DNA of 63,897 nucleotides, the filler included, from Stramenopiles sp. TOSAG23-2 (Eukaryota): NCBI GenBank assembly GCA_900128395.1. It is 4 parts of 4 records of this genome, joined end to end, with 100 filler letters (N's around TTAATTAATTAA, not from the genome) between each part and the next. Parts side by side here need not be neighbours in the genome. Positions count along the whole stretch, not along the records: positions 1 to 15,991 come from LT649690.1; positions 16,092 to 32,029 come from LT649691.1; 2 more parts are not named here. One strand, 5' to 3'. The notes beneath the pieces were generated by a model. The model had not been told where the DNA came from. It worked only from the letters and a program-made list of their open reading frames with translations, and ran no database searches. Numbering within the stretch: the first letter of the stretch is position 1; each line of letters opens with the position of its first letter. This document shows positions 9,168 to 18,636 of the stretch, one piece after another. The position numbers and the translations under genes are program-made.

Positions 9168-10693
9168 ACTAATGTTCCTTTTGAATTATTTTTATTATTA
9201 TCAAACTTGTTTTTCTGTTGTTCATTAATATATATAAATGACAAGGTTTGCTTCTTTTTTCCATCTTTCTGTTTTATGTTTTTTTTTTATTTTTAGTCGT
9301 GTGTATTACCAGGATTACGTATAATTGGTGTGTTTTCTAAATATATTATTATTATTATTATACCTGGTATACTACTGCTGGACGACTGTAATAATATTAA
9401 TGCTATACTGTAAATTATAACACTATAATACAGCTATAATATTAAATATTGTTGGTTGCTTATATGCACACAGCACCATGCAGCTGGCCTTAGCTGGCAT
9501 CACAACAAGGTGCTGGTGCAAATTAAACACATCCTTCTTTTTCTTCATCCTAATCCTGGTATAATATAATAGTTCCTTGTGCTGTTTACCTGTTAATAAA
9601 TTTCTAGGAAACTTCGCAAAAATCGTAGCGGAATCTGGAATTTTAACTTTGCCAGCTGGGCCGGCTGGGCCAGCCCGGCCAGGTTTTAGATCGCTTTTCC
9701 TACAGTAAATTGTATAGATCTAGAATCTAGATATAGAGTTAGAGTAGAGTATCGTGTTAATGCTAATTGCTTTGTGATATTCCCATGCTAATGGAGGTTA
9801 CATTTTAAGCCATCAAGAGAGGAAAAAAAAAAGTGCAATTTAAATAGAGCAGAAAAATTAGAAAATTTCAGATTTGTTTTAGGCAATCCCTTAAAGAAAA
9901 CCTCTCCAAAACATGTTGCGGATGGAAAGATACATTTACATTTTTTACATTGTTATCAATTATAATATCATTAACTTGTATACTTTTACACCACCATCAA
10001 TATTCCTATATATCCAATAATATTTTAAGGGTCCAAATTCGATCAAAACTATCCTTAGTATATAAATCTGATAGGACCAAGTACAAATTCTAATTTTTGT
10101 GCTCCACCATTCTAAATGTTAAATGGATCGAATTTTCGTCCATTTAAGTGCGTTTCCTTTGCTGTGTGCTGTGTTCCAATTAGACCATTTGATAGACTCA
10201 TTTATATACAGCTTTAAGTATAAATAAGTGTCATAAATATCGTAAATATGCCTCGTTTAGACCACCCCATGGCAAAAAACGACTATTCTGCCAAATTACG
10301 TCAAAATATCCACGTATACGCACTATTACGGCAATATATTTTGGTATATTGTTATGTTATTTACCATATGATTAAATGTATTAATAATAGAATAAATTAT
10401 ATATAATCTAACCCTAACTCTAAAACGGTAAAAATATTCTATGTCACTTTTTCCTGAGTCTAATTTTACATATATATATATATATATCATAATCATTACA
10501 GTAAAAAATGATGCTTCAAAAACAAATATAATAAAAATGGGAATGAATGGCAAACTTAAAGTTACTCTATTCACGACTATAATTTTATTTTGAGATTTTT
10601 CTATATTTATAAACATTTTTTGGATAACAAGCGTTGACACCCTTGCATATATATATATATATTCTTGAAGGAAGAAAGGCGGATACGAAAATT

Positions 10694-11791
10694 ATGAATG
10701 TAAACTCAACTACAACTACTGAAACAGATTTGATAGACTTAAATCTTGATGAAGAGTTTCAGTTTGAAGATGACATACGTAATATCCTACTTAGTGACGA
10801 TTCAAATGATGTACAACATAGCGATGATAGGAAGCGTACTCAAACGCAACAGAAGCATGGTAGATCGACTAGCAGTAGCGATTTGCAGGAGAAAAAGAGA
10901 AGACGGAACGTCTATGAAAAACTTCGTACAAAAAAATTAAACGAAGAGTATGCTAATTTGGCAAATTTATTTCCAACTTCGTCAAATTTATCTAAAATTG
11001 AAACTATTAAGAGTGCCCAAGAAGCGATTAAAGACTTGAGAAGCAAGTTAGAAGTAGCAGAAGCACAAATCAATAAGTTCAATCGACACGGTAGTGATAA
11101 AACAGAACCGCTTAATGATAATATGATGGGGAATCATAATCCAGGCACTGTAAAAGGTTCAACTTTACCAATGGCGTGCTGTGTTGAAACTATTAAAAAT
11201 GCCCAAGTATCTATGAAAGAGTTGAAATCCAATTTAGAAGATGCACAAGCAGAACTTAGCAAATTCTATGGAATTGCAGGTGTTAAAACAGATTTACCTA
11301 ATAATAATAATGCAAACGTTGCTAATAATACAGACACGGTTGAAAACATATCTGAAGGGTTTGTTTTCAAACATTCAAGTTTCCCGATGTCGTTATTAGA
11401 TGTAAATGGTGTAGTAAAATTTGCCAATCCTAGTTTTCTAAAAGTGACTGGATTTACTCAAGCCGACGTTGATGACGGGAAAGTAGGTATGTTTTCAATG
11501 AGTTCAAAAGAAGATTTAGCACAAATGTATTTAAATGCAGGAGAATTAATTTGTGGTGGTAAGCAATTTTTGCATTTCCAAAAACGATGTAAGATTGCAA
11601 ATGAAAAGTATTGTACTTTCCGCGTATCTATGTCCACAATACGCTCTAATATCATTGTCAATAATAATAATAATGATGATAACCAGGATAACAACAACAA
11701 TAATAGTAATAGCAAGAAGAAGAAGGAAATAAAAGATACGGAATATTTTCATTGCATGATATTGCCAGATGAAGAATGTGATTCAAAGTGA
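10694..11791 (+). CDS. bHLH-PAS transcription factor
   Basis: Basic-HLH KKRRRNVYEKLRTKKLNEEYANLANLFP...SKIETIKSAQEAI; PAS fold FKHSSFPMSLLDVNGVVKFANPSFLKVTGFT; first ATG at 10694. Confidence 0.85.
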   Translation: MNVNSTTTTETDLIDLNLDEEFQFEDDIRNILLSDDSNDVQHSDDRKRTQTQQKHGRSTSSSDLQEKKRRRNVYEKLRTKKLNEEYANLANLFPTSSNLSKIETIKSAQEAIKDLRSKLEVAEAQINKFNRHGSDKTEPLNDNMMGNHNPGTVKGSTLPMACCVETIKNAQVSMKELKSNLEDAQAELSKFYGIAGVKTDLPNNNNANVANNTDTVENISEGFVFKHSSFPMSLLDVNGVVKFANPSFLKVTGFTQADVDDGKVGMFSMSSKEDLAQMYLNAGELICGGKQFLHFQKRCKIANEKYCTFRVSMSTIRSNIIVNNNNNDDNQDNNNNNSNSKKKKEIKDTEYFHCMILPDEECDSK

Positions 11792-12500
11792 TACTTATAT
11801 CTGAATCATACTACTTGATTAATGACATGCACTATATGTATCAGAAGAGATGGAAAATATGTTTGTATGTGTATAATATTCATGTAATAATATTGATAAT
11901 GAGTATCATAATAAAATATGTATGATATCAAATCATATATATATTAATATCATACGTATCACTTTTGTAAAAGATGAAAATATAATTTTGACACGCCCTG
12001 TATGTATTTTATGTAAAACAAAACTGGGGGCAATAGGTGGTGGTATTTAATTTTAAATGAGAAATAGCGAGAGCTAAGTTACTGTATCATTTTAGAGAGT
12101 TAGGGATTGTTGCATATGATATGAGTAAAAATGTAAAAAAATTATAAAATTAGAGTACACTTGAAACGCGCTTTATTATATTTTACCTGATACAGGAATT
12201 TAATCATATATAAATACATGAGTATGGTAACACTCGATTGAAAGTGTGTTGTATTTTTTTATATATATATTTTTTGAAATATGTTTTTGTATTTAAAATT
12301 AATTTTTTGGTCTTTTATCAAAATCCGGATTTATCCGGAGAGAGGACTTCCAGTCTGATAATTAAATTATTTATATTAATATATAACTTAGATTTTAACC
12401 ATCAATAATATTTTTTTTATTAACGTAAACTAATATTTTAATATTATAAAAAAATATACGTAGGCATATGCATACGATTTATTTTTTTCCTCTTTTTTCT

Positions 12501-13565
12501 TTACAACTCATATACACCACATTTCATGTTCGCAGGAAGTGAAATGTCTAATTTTTTTGGATAATTCGTTCCATCAAATTTTTCGTTCATTAACTTACAA
12601 AATTCTTCCTTCGATTTTGTTAGACGTTCATTAAATTGTTTTTCTTCTCCAACAGTTGTACATGTCCGTCCCTTGTAATCGTGCCCAGGATATAGAATTG
12701 TTTCGTCCGGTAATGAAAATATATTTTTCATAACGGAATCGTATAATGTATTTGGGTTACCACCTTGAAAATCGGTACGTCCGCAACCTCCAATTAAAAC
12801 AGTATCACCACAGAATGCATGTGAATTATTATTTAGTACATATGTCACGCAGCCTGGAGTATGTCCAGGGGTACTTTTCACAGACAAAACTTGTTCACCA
12901 AAATTAATAGTATCGCCATCACAAACGAAAATATCAGCGTCAGCTTCAGATGCTTTAGAGATAATACTTTGTACTTTTACAACAGTATCATCAGCAATGC
13001 GTTTATTTAATATTTGTTTCAATTTTCCACTACCAGTGATATGATCAGCATGAACGTGTGTATTTAATATATACAATAATTTTGCGTTTAATCCATTTAA
13101 AACATCTATATCACGCTCAACAGTTTCAATGACTGGATCGATTAATACTGCTTCTCTGCTCGATTTATCCATCACGATGTATGAATATGTAGAACTTTCT
13201 TTTTCATATAATTGTCGAATCAAAACGTTATTATCTTGGCAAAGCGATGACATGATATATGCAACATTTTTTCCATTCACCACGTCTGTGTAGCCCATGG
13301 CTTTTAATTTGTTTGCAGCAAACTGTGCTCTCCTTCCACGATAACAATATGTGACGATTGATTCACTTTTGTTGCTTGGTAACTGTTGTTCAATATTACC
13401 GTCGATAAATTCTGATTTTCCCACATCAAACTCTAAATTTATTGAATTTGGAACTATGTCGTAATTTTTTGCTCTCCCCACGTAGTCTTTCAAACGCACA
13501 TCAACAAAAGCTGGATTCACGATTTGTGCAAGCTTTGATTTATTTATAAATTTGGATGTAATCAT
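12501..13565 (-). CDS. ETHE1: Rhodanese-persulfide dioxygenase (ETHE1-like) fusion
   Basis: N-terminal rhodanese (FVDVR...IVTYCYRGRRA...LKAMGY); metallo-beta-lactamase motifs NTHVHADHITG, TPGHTPGC, GDT..IGGCGRTDFQGG, YPGHDY, EEKQFNERL, PANMKCG. Confidence 0.92.
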   Translation of the reverse strand: MITSKFINKSKLAQIVNPAFVDVRLKDYVGRAKNYDIVPNSINLEFDVGKSEFIDGNIEQQLPSNKSESIVTYCYRGRRAQFAANKLKAMGYTDVVNGKNVAYIMSSLCQDNNVLIRQLYEKESSTYSYIVMDKSSREAVLIDPVIETVERDIDVLNGLNAKLLYILNTHVHADHITGSGKLKQILNKRIADDTVVKVQSIISKASEADADIFVCDGDTINFGEQVLSVKSTPGHTPGCVTYVLNNNSHAFCGDTVLIGGCGRTDFQGGNPNTLYDSVMKNIFSLPDETILYPGHDYKGRTCTTVGEEKQFNERLTKSKEEFCKLMNEKFDGTNYPKKLDISLPANMKCGVYEL

Positions 13566-13626
13566 ATTATTTGCTAATAAATATTGATATGTATATATAT
13601 TAATATATATTATATATTAAGCTATT

Positions 13627-13818
13627 TCAATTCAATTTCGTAGAATATTTCTGTCTGAATTTTTTGCTTTTGAAATTTTTGCTTTTATCTTTCCTACGTT
13701 TCTTCTTCAACTTTTTAATTTCCGGTTTTTGAATCACTTGTGAATTGCTGAATAATTTACGGATATTGATATCTTTTTGTATATCTTCAGCTTTTCTTGA
13801 TGAAAGACAATCTCCCAT
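13627..13818 (-). CDS. Small basic ORF with an N-acylation-like start (MGDCLS); possibly a 5' exon of the rhodanese-ETHE1 gene
   Basis: G2/C4/S6 myristoylation-palmitoylation-like pattern and polybasic tail; ends ~60 bp upstream of the next ATG. Confidence 0.4.
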   Translation of the reverse strand: MGDCLSSRKAEDIQKDINIRKLFSNSQVIQKPEIKKLKKKRRKDKSKNFKSKKFRQKYSTKLN

Positions 13819-14667
13819 ACCTATTTAAATAAACAAACATTTGCCGTATTTTCTTTTTGGTATATACTGTATTTGTAGCACTGTATATCTTTTTTTTTTT
13901 TGTAGTGTATTTTTTTTTTTTATTCAGAAATGATTTTTGAGGGTCTTAGTCGTCTAGCCAGCATAGACATAGCATTACCAGAAGATTGAAACATCTGCAA
14001 GGTGCCAAGCCTACATATGCGTCCAGATGTACCTGAGTAGTCCAGATGTGGTCTTGATTGTGACGCTGTAGTTTTCCGCCAAATTTTAGGTAAATGAATC
14101 GAGTTTTATGGAAAATCAGAGTGTTTTACTATTTGTACCATAAAATAACAATCAAAAAATATATTGAAAAATATCCGGATAAGTGTTAAAATTAAGGTTT
14201 TACACGATTTTAAATAGGTCCCGGGACACAAATAGTAGGAACATTTAGGTACAAAATATTATACTAATTTTCTTCTTTTTTCTCTCTTTTCCTCTTTTTT
14301 CGTCCCATACACCTCGCTTTGCTCGGTCCGTTGTGTCCCGCTATTTGTATTTTTCGTATTTTAGATTTCAACTGCTCTTACTCTACCACAGATGGTGTTG
14401 CAGATGTACTGACTATATAATACTTATCGAGGTCCGCAGATACGATTATGATGCTATTTAGGTGCTATTAATAAAGGCTCTCTAACATACATGCAAAAAA
14501 AAAATATAATAAAAAACCTATTATAGGCACATAGTACTGTTTTAAAAAAAATCAAAAACAATACAAAACTAATATATCATACATACATACATACATACAT
14601 ATATCAAAGTTTCAAACAATAAAATAAAACAATAATATATATTCTAAACTTAAAAACAAGTAAGAAA

Positions 14668-15924
14668 ATGACAGACCTAGGCAATGATGAAATATCATTA
14701 CCACAGAAAGCGAATCAGGCAACTTTGATAAACACGTTGCCTTTTATAGCATCGTTAATCTTTGCGGCAATTATGTTTTCACAAGCCATTTACAATGCCG
14801 GACTTTATTTGATTCCTATAATGAGAGGACAATTTACTTTTCAAGTGAATATAATGTTGAAAACATTTTTAACGGCAGCTGCAACAAGCACATTGGTGTT
14901 TGCAATATTACATCTTCTTGGAAAAAACAAAAATTTGTTGTTGCGTGAGGAAAGACATGTAGAAACGAATAAAATTGGTATTGCTGGCTTAGTTATTGGT
15001 GGTGTACTTCTTGGTGCAGGTATGAATTTAGCTGGAGCATGTCCAGGTACGTTACCAGTACAAGTTGGTTCAGGTTTCTTTCCAAATGGATTATACACGA
15101 TATTGGGAGCAATGATCGGTGCCATGATATTTATTACATTGAAACCAAGTATCCAAAAAATTCAACAATATGGAGATTTTACAAAAGGGGGAGATAGCAA
15201 CATTAATGAAAGCGAAAGTGACGATGATGCGGCGTTAAATTATGATCAAGAGATTGTTGAAGAAAATAAACATCGATATACCATATACCAATGGACAGGT
15301 TATAATCATATTATTGTACGTTTGGCATTTTCAGCATTGTTCTTTAGTGCTGCGATTGTAACGGAAATATTATCACCGGGTATAGGTAACATTTCACCAA
15401 GCGTTAAAAAGGAAATTCTTGATGGATTATGGTCGCCATTTATATGCGGTCCAATGATTGGTATCTTACAACTTCCATTGATGTTATTTGGTGGGAAACA
15501 TCTTGGTTCAACACCTGCTTACATTACTACGACTAAACTCGTATTTAGCATACTACCATGGTTGCCTGAACGACTAAGAATGACAAAAATATCGCTCGAT
15601 TCTACGTGGGAATTTCTATATGTATATACCGCCGGTATAGTAACATTGATATTTGCTGCATTTATTTGGCCTTCATTCCAAATGTCCAATCGTTTCCCAT
15701 ATGATGGAAGTGTGGATATAACGATAGGTGAACAAATTATTGGTGGTATATTGATAGTTTTCGGTGCAAAATTAGCCTCTGGCTGTACCTCGGGGCATGG
15801 TATCAGTGGAATGGGTCATTTGCGTACGAAAAGTTTCATCGCTGTAGCATCGATGTTTGCTGGTGGCATTCTTATAAATATATATTATATCCAATATGAT
15901 ATTATATTATATTTATATATATGA
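14668..15924 (+). CDS. YeeE/YedE (TsuA-like) thiosulfate/sulfur transporter, two fused half-domains
   Basis: About 9 TM helices; GGVLLGAGMNLAGACPGT and GGILIVFGAKLASGCTSGHGISG are the two Cys-containing family motifs. Confidence 0.9.
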   Translation: MTDLGNDEISLPQKANQATLINTLPFIASLIFAAIMFSQAIYNAGLYLIPIMRGQFTFQVNIMLKTFLTAAATSTLVFAILHLLGKNKNLLLREERHVETNKIGIAGLVIGGVLLGAGMNLAGACPGTLPVQVGSGFFPNGLYTILGAMIGAMIFITLKPSIQKIQQYGDFTKGGDSNINESESDDDAALNYDQEIVEENKHRYTIYQWTGYNHIIVRLAFSALFFSAAIVTEILSPGIGNISPSVKKEILDGLWSPFICGPMIGILQLPLMLFGGKHLGSTPAYITTTKLVFSILPWLPERLRMTKISLDSTWEFLYVYTAGIVTLIFAAFIWPSFQMSNRFPYDGSVDITIGEQIIGGILIVFGAKLASGCTSGHGISGMGHLRTKSFIAVASMFAGGILINIYYIQYDIILYLYI

Positions 15925-15991
15925 GTAAGAACGCACGGAAGGATAGAAACCTACTTGTGCTTGTAGAGTATTAGTTTGCAGAGGTGCATTA

Positions 15992-16091
15992 NNNNNNNNN
16001 NNNNNNNNNNNNNNNNNNNNNNNNNNNNNNNNNNNTTAATTAATTAANNNNNNNNNNNNNNNNNNNNNNNNNNNNNNNNNNNNNNNNNNNN
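15992..16091. other. Artificial contig spacer
   Basis: Ns flanking TTAATTAATTAA. Confidence 0.99.
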
Positions 16092-16750
16092 ATTTTTTTT
16101 CTTGAGATTAATGTGCACATATTATACTCGTAATATTTTTTCTTCAAGGGTGTAAATTATCCAGTATCATAAATACTTTATGCTGTGGTACAAGTTGAAT
16201 CATACGTGTTTTGTGAGAGATTAAAAAAAATATATATTGTTGTATTTTACGAAAAGAAGTATTTTACTAAAAAAATAAAAACTTTGTGAACAAAGACACG
16301 CGCGCAATTTATTTTAATATTTTGTGTACCCATGTATAAAATGATGGTTAAAATCTAAGTTATAATAATTTTACACTTCTCGTGTTAAGTAATATATATA
16401 TATGCGCCTAATATATCGTATTCGTATAAAAATACGATAAAAATTATGGTGCGCGGTAAATTATAAAATTGATACTCGTAATATCATATATGTCTATATA
16501 TACGTATACGAAGTATTATTTTCTCTTATACTCATATCATATTATATTATATAAATTTCTTTTACTCCCGGAAATTAACATCTCAAATCATATATATCTT
16601 GAAGTGCACGGTTGTGGCAAAAAGCCGCGGTTTTGATCACTTTAGCTTGTAGATTTCTACAAGTTTCATTGACCCATTGTGCTTTTACCCATATAAATAT
16701 ATATATACATTACCCAACATACACGTTTTTTCATCTTGTTGATAAATCTT

Positions 16751-17884
16751 TTACTCCCATTCATCCCAATCTTCGCCATCATCCAGCACATTATCATTAT
16801 TCGTATTTACAAGTAAAGGTTCATCTGAAGTTTTTGGATCAGGGGAGGCATTATTATTGTTATTATTATTATTGTTGCCATCATCAACCACGGTCCACGA
16901 CTCGTTAGATGATGATGATTTCGTTTGTTGGATAGGAATTTCTTTTTCAGATTTAATAGTTTCATCTTCAATATTACTAATATCATTCTTTTTCTTAACT
17001 TCAACATCGTTTGCTGTTGTTGTTGTTACATTGCTTTGTTCATTATTAATATTCTTATAATCCGTATTACTACTATTGTTGTTCATATCAGTACTGTCAT
17101 CTACAATATTATTAAGATTAATATTTTTCAAATTAGGAGTTTTTACCACATCATGTACATTTTTTGCTTCTTCAATATTACTATTGCTGTTCTTTTTCTT
17201 CTCTTCCACTTTAATTGTTTCTTCAATTTCTTGTTTCCAAAAGAAATAACGTTTCCAAAATTCATCTTCTTCAACTTCTGCAGGTACGAGGTCATGATAT
17301 ATAGATAATATTTCACTGTTTTGTAACAATTTTTGCGATTCAAGACGTTTTTTACCACTATTTATATCAAATGTTTTTACAAATTTTATATATTTTTCTT
17401 GAAAGCTTTGGTTTGGTGGGCGAGCATATGTATTTCGATCGAATTGTATTGCATGCATACGTTCCTGCACAGATAGTTTTGGCAATGCTATCATTCCGTC
17501 CTCATCGCATTCTTCTTCTGCTGCCATAACATCATCCAACGTTTCCACCACATTTTGTGCAGTTTTATATAAAGTATCACTAAACGTTCCAAGACTAGAG
17601 CTTATTGAATTCATACTAAGAAAACTATTATTGTTATCATTATTGTTGCTAATAGTACCTGTAGTAGAAACATTATCAGAGTTTAATTGTTTTTCACCGT
17701 CGTCATTGTTCTTTTCATTTTCACCAGTTACGTTGTCATTATGTTGAGGGTCTTCATTATTTTCGCCTTCATCAAAAAACGTAGCCGTGTCGTTTGTCAC
17801 CGTACTTGTAAACTCGGTTAAGTCGTTTTTTACAACATCTAATGCTGCCTGTGATGACTCTTTCAATGAGTTCCAAAATTCCAT
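16751..17884 (-). CDS. BSD-domain protein (BSDC1-like)
   Basis: IQFDRNTYARPP...YHDLVPAEVEEDEFWKRYFF and acidic C-terminal EDWDEWE; first ATG at 17884. Confidence 0.85.
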   Translation of the reverse strand: MEFWNSLKESSQAALDVVKNDLTEFTSTVTNDTATFFDEGENNEDPQHNDNVTGENEKNNDDGEKQLNSDNVSTTGTISNNNDNNNSFLSMNSISSSLGTFSDTLYKTAQNVVETLDDVMAAEEECDEDGMIALPKLSVQERMHAIQFDRNTYARPPNQSFQEKYIKFVKTFDINSGKKRLESQKLLQNSEILSIYHDLVPAEVEEDEFWKRYFFWKQEIEETIKVEEKKKNSNSNIEEAKNVHDVVKTPNLKNINLNNIVDDSTDMNNNSSNTDYKNINNEQSNVTTTTANDVEVKKKNDISNIEDETIKSEKEIPIQQTKSSSSNESWTVVDDGNNNNNNNNNASPDPKTSDEPLLVNTNNDNVLDDGEDWDEWE

Positions 17885-18636
17885 TTGTTTTTTTAAACTT
17901 TTGCAACAGTTATCCCAAAATGCCAAGTATACAGCACTTACGTTGTTATAATTATTATTTTATAATCAGTATCAAAATTATACTCTGTGTATTGTTCTAT
18001 TTGAATGGTATTCAATTGTATCTATATCTATCCATCTACAAATAAATTGTGGTATAAACGTTTTTTAGTTCAAGAAGTAAAAAATATTATTATGTAAAAA
18101 ATGGTGGGGAATTACGTTGTACGCGTGATAACGTAATGGTATTTCCATATAATAAAAATAGCATATTATACAATTACCACTGATGATAAAATAAAAAAAG
18201 TCATTTACATTGATTGACGCCCTGCTGCCCGCCTGCTGAGCATGATTGTCGACTATGCTGTATGCACACAACAGCCTTTTTTTTTAAATATACTAATACA
18301 CTATTATCGTCACTCCAGTAGTATTAGACTATTTTACGTATACGATACTATTATCACATTGTGTGGAATATTGTGTATGATATGTCCATATTAGCATTAA
18401 TATTTTTCGAAAAGAAGAATCCAAAATGAAAATGTTGTGTTATAGGAAAAAAGAAGGGGGAGTGGTATATATATCTAATTTGTATTCCTTGTGCTATATT
18501 ATTATATATGTTGTTATAGCATTATATATAATAATATATATACCACATCCACAATCAAAACATATTGTAAAGACCATCTAATTATATATATATATATATA
18601 TACAAACATAACTCTATACATATTATTACGTTCAAT

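Noticed and set aside
12322-12340. Recurrent ATCCGGA/TTATCCGGA words (also near 3783, 14174, 31693)
   Set aside because: Short and positionally inconsistent (both 5' and 3' flanks); cannot be distinguished from chance without genome-wide statistics
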